DNA of 63,410 bases, counting the filler, from Choristocarpus tenellus KU-1152 (taxonomy: Eukaryota > Protista > Phaeophyceae), in the NCBI GenBank assembly GCA_964200185.2. It is 11 parts of 11 records of this genome, joined end to end, with 100 filler letters (N's around TTAATTAATTAA, not from the genome) between each part and the next. Parts side by side here need not be neighbours in the genome. Positions count along the whole stretch, not along the records: positions 1 to 13,209 come from CAXNAD020001553.1; positions 13,310 to 18,697 come from CAXNAD020010949.1; positions 18,798 to 22,084 come from CAXNAD020021026.1; positions 22,185 to 25,781 come from CAXNAD020019042.1; 7 more parts are not named here. One strand, given 5' to 3'. Of the stretch, positions 13,032-24,476 are shown piece after piece. How positions within the stretch are numbered: the first letter of the stretch is position 1; each line of letters starts with the position of its first letter. The notes beneath the pieces were generated by a model, which had not been told where the DNA came from, searched no databases, and saw only the letters and a program-made list of their open reading frames with translations. The translations under genes were made by a program, and so were the position numbers.

Positions 13032-13209
13032 GAGTCAAAGTATCTGGGGGGGGTGTCGGCATCCGTTTTTCACCTTTTTGGTGCGATTTGGTCGCACTTG
13101 TCGGATTTGAAATGTCAGCAAAAAAAAGACTTGTTTGACCGAAACGGACGCCCCCTCAACCCCCCCCCCCCCCCCCCCACCCCGAGCACCCCCGATAACT
13201 AAGGTGGGG
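13032..13209 (+). mobile_element. MITE family A (terminus GAGTCAAAGTATCT + poly-G), truncated at contig end
   Basis: The same or a related terminus recurs at ~27628, ~38170, ~52115 and, inverted, at ~27960, ~38370, ~43830, ~52444, ~60470. The body matches 52115-52276. Confidence 0.7.
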
Positions 13210-13309
13210 NNNNNNNNNNNNNNNNNNNNNNNNNNNNNNNNNNNNNNNNNNNNTTAATTAATTAANNNNNNNNNNNNNNNNNNNNNNNNNNNNNNNNNNN
13301 NNNNNNNNN
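13210..13309. other. Artificial contig linker N44-TTAATTAATTAA-N44 (also 18698-18797, 22085-22184, 25782-25881, 29155-29254, 38240-38339, 43707-43806, 52277-52376, 56230-56329, 60330-60429)
   Basis: An identical 100-bp spacer with six-frame stops occurs ten times. Confidence 0.99.
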
Positions 13310-14454
13310 CGCCCCCCAGACCTTCAAGCGGTACTGCCTGTAACGGGGTGAACAAACCACGCCCCCCTCCTCCCAAGCCTGTTGGTGCTACGGCAACAAG
13401 TGGGGTAATAAAGCCACGTCCCCCACCACCTAAACCTGTCAACGGAACTGCTGCTATCAGGGTAAATAAACCCTGCCCTCCACCGCCAAAGCCGGGGCAG
13501 GTAGGGGTGTCTTCGAGTGGGTTGGTTGGTGGTGTGACAGGAGAGGGTGCCAAGACGGACCGAGGGATCCCCAGGCCTCCTCAGCCCAGGCCTCCTCCAC
13601 CTAGGCTTAACACGCTGTTGGATGGGAAGGGTGAGAGAAATGGAGTCGGTGAGAGCACCAGTGCCCAGGGTAATGGGAATGGATCTACGACAAATTACCC
13701 TCCCCCCCCCCCCCCCCCCCCACCACCCGGGACAAAAAAGGGGCTAGAGTCCTGTGATGCCAGGGTATGTGATGCTACCAAGCGTGTCGGTGATGCGGAG
13801 ACCAGTTCGATTCCCTTGCCTCCAAGGGCTAGGCCTCCGCCCCCAAAGCCGACTGGGTTGAAGAGGTCAGCCAATGGTCCTGAAATGGTTAGCGATGTCG
13901 GGAAGCGACCCCGCCAGGATGGAAAGGGGTTTCGTTCCTCTTCATCGGGGTCTGTACCCCGACCTATGCCACGTCCTCCTACATCTGTTTCTCACCCCAG
14001 CGAGGCAGGTGTTTCCAAGCACGATACTGTGCATGTTAATGGTAGGTTCGCGGGAGACTGTTCTTCCAATGAAACGGGACGCGATGGCAATGGGGTGAAG
14101 TTACATGGTGTTGATGATGGCAAGGAGGGAGTGGATAGATGCAGTGGTGTGGCCCGCCATACCTCCGATGGGGGAGGAGGGCGGTATGCCGATTTGAGCA
14201 GTCCCATGCGCAGTGGCTGTGGGTACGAGGATAGGGGTGTTCACATGAAGCGGAAGCGTCTTGGAGATGAAGGCAACACACACCAGGGAGTGTTAAATTC
14301 ATCTCACCTGCCAAGTAGGGGAGAGGAAGAGAGTGGTTACGTGAAGCGGAAGTGTGGTGAGGACAGTGCCTTCAAGACGGTGAATCACCCACTCCTTACC
14401 TCTACTGAGGAAGAGGAGGCAGAGGATGGGGAGATCGTACTGCCACCGCGATAG
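13310..14454 (+). CDS. Terminal exon of a Pro-rich, low-complexity protein (5' partial) ending EEEEAEDGEIVLPPR*
   Basis: The frame is open for >1.1 kb from the contig edge. It has ~19-aa KPRPPPPKP repeats, KRKR/KRK basic clusters, and AT-richer sequence after the stop. Confidence 0.7.
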
Positions 14455-15927
14455 TCCTAAGTCCCTTGTTGATTTTTTATTGAAGGGAGAAGGGGTGGGT
14501 AGAAAGGTGGATAATGCTGTGTGTGGAGCCTGATCCTTGCCGGAGGGGGTGTCTTTGTTTGCTTTAGTTTGTTCTGGAGCAGAGTAAAGAGTTGGAACGT
14601 GCTTTGAGTTTTTGTTAATTGTGTTAGTTGAAGTGTTGAAATAAGGGTAAACAGGGCGTGGGATCATTTTAAGGAATACCTGCTAGGGCAATGATTCAAG
14701 TTGTTCAGTAGTTATAATTCTTTTTTTTTGTGCTTTCTGTAGTTGGTAATATGCAGATGGTAACCGGGCCTTTTGCTTCCTTGTTGATGGAAGTAAAAAG
14801 TTAAGATCTACAAGAATTGGATGTACCCAGATGTGTTAGGTGACTTTTGTTGTTTCATTATTGTATGTGCTATCATAAGGCAATTGTGTATAGTACGCCT
14901 TACCTGCTGTCTGATTGTTTTTGTCTTCCAGGGTGAAAATTATAAAAAAATGTATTTTGTTGTATGTGGGTGCAGTGATTTGATTGTTACATTAATTACG
15001 AACAAGAGGGGAAAGCCAGGTTCTAGAATTTCCAGTGGGTTTCAGTGTATTGTGCAAGCGTTTTGTGGAGGTGGTGATAAGGGAACCAACAGTCGGAGAT
15101 TTGGCATGGTTCTGCAGAATGTCGAATGGATGTAATGTGTGCCTAAACCTCAAGACACTGGCTGATGGTTATGTTGGTATCGTGTGATAGTGTGTGTTCT
15201 AGTATATGCTTTGAAGCATAATGGATTGTGGTTTGGGAATGGATTTTCCCACACCTCTCTCATCAAGGGCAATATAATAGAGAAAAATGCAAGGGTATAG
15301 TCTGCTTGCTATTGTCCCCAAGTTGATTTTTTTTAATGAAAGCATGATCTCTTTTATGAATGAGGATTATGGTCCACTTCTCTACTGTGCTGCATTTGAT
15401 GGCCTTTGCTTTCTCACTCAAAACTCTCATCTCTCTCCTTGGATAAGTCACATAGAGGGGGTGATGTAGGGGTTATATTATGCACAACACATGGACACAC
15501 TATGTATGGACATCCCAAAAATCATCAACATGACCACTGCTCACCCACCCAATACAATCAGTATGTGGGTGCACATGCTTGCTTACTTGTCATAATTTGG
15601 TGACTGAGAAGAGAAGAAAGTGTTGCCATGGAGGCAGGGGCTTAGCCTAACAATATGCAAACCCCAGGCAGACTATCCTCTAAACCAACCTATCTACATC
15701 AATTTACTACTTCTCTCTTCTCTGAAAGCAGCAGCAGCAGAATCGTAGCACTTGGTTTAGTAGTTGTGGAAACTGCATTAGTGAAGATGATGCATCAGTG
15801 AAGATGCTGGTCCTGTGTAGTTTTGTCCAAAACACGATGCTGATGTGGTAAGAAAATATCATTTTCTCCTAATCTACAACAATAATTAAAAGTTACTGTA
15901 TGGTAGTATGTCGTGCATACAATATAA

Positions 15928-16098
15928 CAGCCGATTTCAAAGATTGAGGAAGGGCTTGACCCAAAATTGACTGGGATAAAGTGTCGATATGTTTTTTTTT
16001 GTATTGTCATCATCATCATCAATCCAAAAAAAAACATACCGACACTTTATCCCAGTCAATTTTGGGTCAAGCCCATCCTCAATTTTTGAAATCGGCTG
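15928..16098. mobile_element. MITE family B, 171 bp, with ~60-bp terminal inverted repeats starting CAGCCGATTTCAAA
   Basis: 15928-15987 is a near-perfect reverse complement of 16039-16098. A second copy of the TIR starts at 62200. Confidence 0.85.
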
Positions 16099-17658
16099 TC
16101 ACTTGTTGGTGTACCCTATATAGTGAAGGGACTAAGGAAAGAGTGTCAATATGGAGGTGGATTATGTGGTAGGCATTACTTTCAGATTATATACACATTC
16201 ATACTTGTGTGTTTATGAAGAAGCATAATAGGGACATGTAAATATACCTGGATCACTTCGAATAAGTTTGTATGTAAGAGAATATTCAAAATATGATAAT
16301 TTTCATTGCTTCTGGGTGAGGTTAGTGACTACTGACCATCGTTCATTGATAAATCCAACATTGTTAAGGTGCTGCTGTGACTTGAGAAGATTTTAATACC
16401 TAACAACTTTCATACTACTACCACCCTTGTCCTTCAACAATTTATCATTTCATGCTCTACATAGTTGCCTACATTTCCCCATTTCAAAACAGCACTGGTT
16501 TTGTACAGGTATGGTCCGCAAATGTCGAGATATCTTTTTTTGACGCTGCAACAAGGGTGTCGTTGATGATTTTAGCCTATTGAAAGGTTCTTCTCAGTCA
16601 ATATGCAATGCTAAATCCTATTGTCAACAATTAACGATTATACTCTACCATGCATGGTGTGGGAAGATCTTCAAATCGACAAAAGGTAGTTCTTCCCTCA
16701 GGATGTGCTTTTCTCCTCCTTGCTTGTACCATGTCCTAGTGATGAAAACAGTACTAGTATGCTGCTTTAAGACACAATCTAGGTACCCATGCCAAACTCC
16801 AGACGTCATTAACTGTTAAGTCGGTCCCTGGTCAGTTTTAGAGGGTAGAACCTCGTCCGTTTGGGGGCCAAAATTCAATGTATCTACATTTTGGAAAAAA
16901 GGCTGGTCACATGGAATCCTCCCTGTGCTATCCTCCACAGTGATGAGAGTCCTTTCCTCTTCTGCTTTGCTCACACACATAGAAATTTCCTGTTGAGTCT
17001 CTTTCCAGCAAAGATAGTCGAAAACACTCCCAAGGAGCTCAAAATAAAACAAAAGGCACAGGTTTGTGTTGTTTTTTATTTTATTTAAAATTCTAAGCCA
17101 CGTTTATGTTCATTTTTCGTAATTCATACTTTTATTTCTATGGATAGGGAGCGCTGAGATTGGCTTGAGAAACATTGATTTCCCTGTTGCTGGAATTTTT
17201 AAAAAATCAATAATGTTTTATGTAAAAGCATCGTTTACAAATAAAGTCATTTTTTTTCTTAGGCAGAAAAAAAGTCTTGTCCAACACGCCTGAAACATGT
17301 CAGCCCTTAACCTAAGAAAAAAAAAAGACATTGATGCGTTGATGGGAAATGAATAAGATCAGTGAACGTAATGCCTCTAGGTGATCGCAGGATTTAACAA
17401 GACAACGTACACCTGTCCACACACTTCCTTAGCCCAAGTTTTGAACGGTCGCAGCCATAAATAAATACCAAGAGATGACAATAACCACTATATTATCGGC
17501 ACAAGAGTAACGCCTATACTATTACAACACCCAAGTAGGTACAATGCTTTCTCCTAGTGTGAAAAAATGGTGAAGAGGAAGAGATTTAAAGTCCACAAAT
17601 GATACAGGACAAACAATGCGGGGAATGGAATAAATATACAAGACACTAAGGCACTCAC

Positions 17659-18461
17659 ACATAGCGGTCTCAGCAGCGCGCTGAACAGCTGGTGAAGGCG
17701 GGGTTTGCTGGAAGGAAGAGGAGGGTCAAGCCGGGGCCGAGGCAAGGACCACATAAATCTCACTCCACACAATTTTAAAGTGTTTTGTTCCACTTCACCA
17801 CGCAGCATGGGCTACTGCTCTACCTGCATCATGAACACTGCTACCAGTTTCCACTCCGCCACACCAGTTCTTTCTCGTAGAGGGAGCTATGAAAAAATAG
17901 AAAAAAGCGTTTGGGCGACGAAGAGCTCTGAAAGAAGAAGAACACCTTCCGCTCGGAAGAGGCCAAAAAAAACGGAATAGAAATGTATATAAATGTGCAC
18001 ACTCCTCCGCCTTGTCCTTCTACCACATGCGCAGGCAGTCAAAATCACCACGCAAAACACGCCTCCTGAGATAATCATCCCTCACCTCACAGGTGAACAA
18101 ACGAATGGGACACTTGACAAGATTTAGCCAAAATACAGGAAGGCCATGTGGAGACTATCATCATTTAGCCTACAAAAGCAAAAAAAACTAGAACATGGTG
18201 AGCACATATTCCCCAAATTGGTGCGCTATGTCACAAAAGAAAAAGAGGCAAAACACACACACACACACACACACACATTAGTTGTACACACACAAACGCA
18301 AAAATATGTTTTTTAAGAGTCTGCGGCAGTGAACATGCCGGCCTCCTCCTACCCATCCCACTCAGCGTACACACACAAATATATGCGTGCGCCCAGTGCA
18401 CCTCCAAAGCACAAAGGGCAGGCCAGGCCATTGTCAAATAGCCACAGAGCGTAGTCAAGAC
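17659..18461 (-). CDS. Possible small exons of an unknown membrane protein (~18461-18403, 17886-17824, 17688-17659)
   Basis: Phase-0 joins give LTTLCGYLTMAWPALCALE|LPLRERTGVAEWKLVAVFMMQ|LFSALLRPLC, with GT donors and TAG/CAG acceptors for the last two exons. No recognisable family. Confidence 0.35.
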
Positions 18462-18624
18462 TCCATTGATAACCCAGGTAGAAGAAGTAACCACAGTCAA
18501 ATGCGGTCATGGAGGCCCAAGCTGGATCTCTTCACAATGCTGCTGATGGCAGGCCATGATATCAAACACGCCACACACACGAGACACTGCAATCCAAATT
18601 TTTAACTCTCCTGTGCAACATCAA

Positions 18625-18676
<52 letters not shown>

Positions 18677-18829
18677 ACCCCCCCCCCCCACCCCCCCNNN
18701 NNNNNNNNNNNNNNNNNNNNNNNNNNNNNNNNNNNNNNNNNTTAATTAATTAANNNNNNNNNNNNNNNNNNNNNNNNNNNNNNNNNNNNNNNNNNNNGGG
18801 GTCGTGTGAGGCTTCACACCTTCTTATCC

Positions 18830-21800
18830 TCACTACTAACAAATGACATTACTCCCCAAGGTAATTTGCACATAACGCACTTCTTTGGGTCCAAATTGGA
18901 TCTTTGACGGTTTCAAAGTTAAGCCTGCTGCTTGTAAAGCTTTGAACTGCTGTTCTAGTAAGTGCATATGTCCTTCCCATATGGGAGAACAAGTAATAAG
19001 ATCATCCATGTAAACTAGCAACCCACTCAATGGACCAAAGTTGGCAAAGGCTAAGGACATCATTCTTTGAAATTTCCAAGGGGCATTTGATATCCCGAAG
19101 GGTATCCTCTTAAGAACGTATTGACCTCTGGACGTGACAAAAGCAGTTTTATCAATGTCATCCTCAGCGACAGGAATCTGTCAATATGCACTCTAAATAT
19201 CACAAACGGTGATAAATTTGGCACCCCCAACAGTATCAACATTAGACTCTATATCAGGTATAGGTCAAGACTGTCGAACAAGGTGTTTGTTTAACGGTTG
19301 ACCTATAGTCTACACAGAATCGTGGGGAGGCATCAGATTTGGCCACAATAGTAACAGGACTACCCCAAGGGCTGGCATGTTTTCCATAATGCCTTGCTCT
19401 TCCATAGTATTAACACACGAGTCAATTACTTGTTGAGTACGGGGGTTTGTTCTGTAAGGATCCCTGTCAACAGGTTTGGTACCAGGCTCTATAGGAATTT
19501 CTGCTTCAGCTAGGGTACATCTCCCTAGTTCTGCTGCATTCAGCGAAAATATCGATCTATAATGAGCTCAGAGGTCTAAAGGCTGAGACACTTGTGACTG
19601 ATTGAACGTGATATCTTTGAATGCGTTTGACTTGGTGAAAGCTTGATGTGTAACTCCTCTCTAGCTTTACTGACACGGAGCAGAATCAGTATTTAGAGCA
19701 CTAACAGTAATTGGTACCTGATCTGAAATAGGGGTTAAGTGCCCTATCACAAGATGCTTCCTGATACGTACTTTCGGTGTTATTGGATTTGCCATTTGAA
19801 CTAGTACTTATCTATTACTTGCTGACCAAGTACTGAGAGTGCGAGCAGCTACGATACGATTCCATGGATGTGTAGGTTCAGTGGTTTGATCTACAGCAGG
19901 CATGGAGTGTATGACTGGCTCCACTACCACGGCAGTATCCAACGACGGACTAGTATCAGTTGTGCAACGTACGATGATTTCATGACCAGGTGGTATGTTA
20001 TACTGTTTATATGTACACGGACGGTTACAGGGTCAAAATCATGTTGCACACTCTCACCTCAGAACACGAAGGAGTGGTACTTGTATCACGTACTTGAGTG
20101 GGGCTCCTTGTCATGTGATGTCTTGCTGGAATGGTACACGAACTGTTATGAAATGAAAGACGTTGTTCTTGCCAATCAAGGATTGCACCGAAGGCCTGCA
20201 TAACACTATTATCAAGCAGAATTTTATCGGGACCAAGTTGGGGAATCACTAAAGCTTCAACCGGTAATGTGGTGTCACCAAGCGTAAGTGCAAAACGAAT
20301 ATATCCACGGATGTGCAAAGGTGAACATTTTGCTGTACGTAGATTTATTGCACCAGGTGGGACAGGATGCACAAACGTTTCAGTTGAGGGTGATTGCGAA
20401 CAAATATTTCTGAAATACATGGTACATCACTAGCTGTGTCAATTGCCAACTCATTTTCTTCTTGTTCTTCAACGGTGCCAGATATACAAACCCTTTGAGA
20501 TGAAAACGATAAAGATTTGGGCATGGATGGGTATCGGCACAAAGAACTGTTGAACCAAGTTTCATTATTATTACGCGAGTTTGGTTGAACTAAAGGCAAA
20601 GAAAAATGCTTAGTGACACGCATGCAGGCAATAAACGATGCCTGCGGGGCAAGAGGTGCCACTGGTGTCAACCTCTGACGCTTGCCACTCCCTACGATGG
20701 TGTCAACAACAACACCATGGCTGTTCCCAAATGGACAGGAGTCAAATCCACCTGGGCACCCCTAGGGACGAGGACCATTAATAGCCTGGTACTGACTGAC
20801 TATCCTCACGAACACGAACGCGACTTCCACGACCCCTTCCTCTATGACGCAAGTGTGGTAAACGAGTACCCCTCGGATTGTCCAGGCACGACTGGGTTAT
20901 GTGACCCTCACGAATCGCTGCCTGGCAACCCGGGTACTGCCACACACTATTTTGGTGATCCATGGTGTACTGCAAGTTGGACGGTGAGTTTGCGTAGGGT
21001 GGCGTGTCTGGGTGTCGTGTAGTACTGTCAGTGGCCCTGGCTGTGGGAGGTGGAAACGTCAACGACCAAGCTGGGGTCCTCTTGAGAGGGGTTTCCCCCG
21101 CTCGGTGACGTTCCACCTCTGTACGGAGCCTTTGACATCCACGCTGCAATTGTTCGAAAATTGTTCGAACCGTGTACACGTGAGCTGTCAATAGTGGTAT
21201 CACCAACATTTTCAAAGGAGATGCCCCCGTATTTCTTACCATTAGAACCGTGAACACACCAGCTGTCAGCCGTGGTATTACCAACACATTGAAGTTGTAT
21301 GCCCCTGTTCTTATCACCATTCGAACCGTGTATTCTGTACGGGGAACCTGTCCACTACGAGGATTGTAGGTCACAGCACTCGTGTAAGTTATTGTGGGGG
21401 TGGGGTTATTGCCAGAAAGATTGTTAGCTTCATGACGTTTGGCACGGTCACGAGCTTGGGCAAACGAGGTGGCAGGTTCGTCCCGAATCTGTTCAAGACG
21501 AATTGCAGGGAGTAAGCCGTCTTGCATCAGGTATATTTTCAGTTGCTCGACAAGCAAAGTTTTTGTCTCAACTGAATCTGAGGACGATGTTGTGCGATGA
21601 ACATCATCTAAAAAACGATTCGTTGCTGTTGTGCAACGTAAAGTATATTGATCAACCGACTCGTTCTCCCCCTGTTTCAAGGACGTTAGCCTACGAGTTG
21701 ATACACTTACAGCATGGACGGGGGTAAACGCGATGATCAAGGCTTTCTGGACATCATCCCAAGTCTTTGGAGGTATAATGGAGACAGGGGTGTCAAGAGA

Positions 21801-21905
21801 CGATTGCCAACGATTCAAACCACTTGTTGAACGCCACTCTACCGTACCTGCCAACGCCTGGATATAAAAGGCTTCAGCTGGTCCTTGTAGAATTTTTACC
21901 AAAAA
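18830..21905 (-). mobile_element. Degenerate Ty3/Gypsy LTR retrotransposon (gag-protease-RT)
   Basis: Gag-like ORF 20778-21902 (WDDVQKALIIAF..LKQGENESVDQY). Aspartic-protease region ~20200-20450 (IDTASD..LRTAKCSPLHIRG..ILLD). RT N-terminus at ~19350-19530 and LLVYMDDLI..LQAAGLTLKPSKIQFGPKEVRY at 18836-19063. Order is gag-PR-RT. Confidence 0.9.
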
Positions 21906-23220
21906 TTCTACACACCGAGCATTAATCGAGCATTAATCGTCTCAGGGGACGGGACCATACTGACTAGAATGCAAGGATATTGCCAAGTGCAATTTAGAGA
22001 GAATGAAAGTATCTTATGTTAAAGTATCCCCAAAATCATCAAAGAGGATAAAGGTGATAAACCCGGCGAGATTGCTTGGTGTCTNNNNNNNNNNNNNNNN
22101 NNNNNNNNNNNNNNNNNNNNNNNNNNNNTTAATTAATTAANNNNNNNNNNNNNNNNNNNNNNNNNNNNNNNNNNNNNNNNNNNNTGGGGGGGGGGGGTGG
22201 GGGGAGTGGTTTGGGCCCGTCGTGGAGATGGTGAAGGTCACTGAGAAACAGTATGAGGATGGCGATGGAACCACCTTTGAGAGGGCTTGGCAGCTCCTTT
22301 TTGTGGTGTACAATCAAGCTCTTAGATGCAAAGGGGGGAATGACTTCAGTGTGGGGCACACAGGGGCAAAGGAGGAAGAGGCAGATGTTTGGTGAGCTTG
22401 ACAACACTCCGAAGGTAGTCGTGGAGGCGTTTTTCTGCGACTGATAAAATTGTGATGGATGGGGAGTAGTACCAATAAAAAGAGATGACCCCAACCAAGA
22501 AAGTCGTCAAGGATTCCAAATCTTCGTTCAGAAGAAATTAATTTCTTCAACATCTTCAAAAAATGTTACGGACAAGGTGGCACAGACTTTAGTGCACGGA
22601 GGCGGTATATCAATCTCTCTTTATATACACATGCACATCTCTCATCAGAGGTCTGTTAGAAGAGATGAAAACCCTAACCCTAACCCTAACCCCAACCATT
22701 CTTTTTTAATACTAATAATACTACTACTAATAATAACATTAATACTACTAATAATAAAAAATAATGATACAAAAAAATGAGAATATGTTCTTACAGAAAA
22801 TTCTTCATGTGCACAAGTTACAATTCCTCGTCATGTTGAGAAATTTATTCCATAAATATAGTGCAACGTTCTTTGTGTTATATTATTATTATTATTGCAT
22901 ATATACCTATTATTATTATTATTATTACTATTATTTTCTGGGGTGAATGTGTACAATCCCAAGTCTTGATATTGAAATATGTAGATTCATTCCTTCTCAG
23001 CTATGTTGCAGTAGGTACAAACTTGGACTGAGAAAGACCATCCTAGTGGGGGAGGGGTGGGGGTGATAGACCTTTCACTCATCCCTGATCACTAATAACT
23101 CGTCACTCAATCTGTGTTACTTTCTACAACATTCCTTTTCTAGGATATTTCTCATGGTACTGTAATAGCGCGGACAATGTTCTCTTCATCACTCAACAAA
23201 AATATTACTTTTCTGAAGTA

Positions 23221-23547
23221 TTTTCCCCACAAGAATTTAAAGCCTAACTTATCTATAATATTGACATGTATCTATCTCGCAATTTTCCCATAAGAATTTA
23301 AAGCCTAACTTATGTATAATATTGACATCTATCTATCTCGCAATTTTCCCACAAGAATTTAAAGCCTAACTTACCTATAATATTGACATCTATCTATCTC
23401 GCAATTTTCCCACAAGAATTTAAAGCCTAACTTATGTATAATATTGACATCTATCTATCTCGCAATTTTCCCACAAGAATTTAAAGCCTAACCTATCTAT
23501 AATATTGACATGTATCTATCTCGCAATTTTCCCACAAGAATTAAAGC
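23221..23547 (+). repeat. 61-bp minisatellite, ~5.3 near-identical copies
   Basis: Unit ATTTTCCCACAAGAATTTAAAGCCTAACTTATCTATAATATTGACATCTATCTATCTCGCA repeats with no spacers. Confidence 0.95.
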
Positions 23548-23713
23548 ATAATCTACGATGTTCACATCGACCTATCTCTTCTCGAATTTTCTTTTTTATA
23601 ACTTTTTTTCATCCTCAATCATGCCATGCCTGCCACCTGAAAACAAAATCAAGTAATAAAAAGGCAAGGGCATAATTTCAACCAACTACTGTTCTTCAAT
23701 ATTGACACTTGTT

Positions 23714-23756
<43 letters not shown>

Positions 23757-24055
23757 CGCTAGACATAACTCAAGGGTTAGGGTTAAAAACAGTCTACGCC
23801 CCTAAACCTCTTAAACATCCAATCAATAACAATGGAACTCCCACCACACGATTTGCTAGTACACCACAATAACCCTCACGCCAACCTCTGCAATATTATA
23901 TTTTTCGCAAAAACAGTAGAAATAACATATTCAAGAATATATTCAAGAATATATTCAATAGTACATTCAATATATTGCATCAGGTTAAATATAAAAAAAC
24001 AAAAAACACACACCTAAATTTGTATCAAAAGACAGAGCATACTCACCACCTTCTG

Positions 24056-24160
24056 AATCATATGTAGCCAATCATATGTAGCCAAACATACGTAGCTAAT
24101 CACATGTAGCCAATCATATGTAGCCAATCACATGTGGCCAATCATACGTAGCCTATCATA
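24056..24160 (+). repeat. 14-bp tandem repeat (AATCATATGTAGCC) x~7
   Basis: Directly visible. Confidence 0.9.
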
Positions 24161-24389
24161 CACAGTCGATGAATTCATTGTGAATATTGATTCAGCACCT
24201 GATTGAAAAGTAACCCTAACCCTAACCTGATGTTGACCATAGTGAATAGTAAAAAAAAGAAGTTACTTTTCAACGAAGACCTCTTCAAACCTTTTTGTGC
24301 AGTCAGTGATTTACAACACACACACCCCAAGCCCGAAAATGCAGTTCACCCTAACCTTAGGAAGCTGTAGACTTTGGGAGAGAGGAGAT

Positions 24390-24476
24390 ACTATTCGTAA
24401 CTGTCAAAACACTATTCGTAACTGTCAAAACACTATTCGTAACTGTCAAAACACTATTCGTAACTGTCAAAACACT
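24390..24476 (+). repeat. 21-bp tandem repeat (ACTATTCGTAACTGTCAAAAC) x4
   Basis: Directly visible. Confidence 0.95.

Noticed and set aside
13210-13309. Recurrent TTAATTAATTAA flanked by N runs
   Set aside because: Artificial concatenation linker. ORFs ending in ..LIN and adjacency across linkers are artefacts.
18626-18697. Long poly-C run read as poly-proline
   Set aside because: A homopolymer at a contig end with unreliable length; not coding evidence.
23221-23547. 61-bp periodic array as a CRISPR
   Set aside because: Units are contiguous and near-identical, with no unique spacers and no cas genes, in a eukaryotic context.
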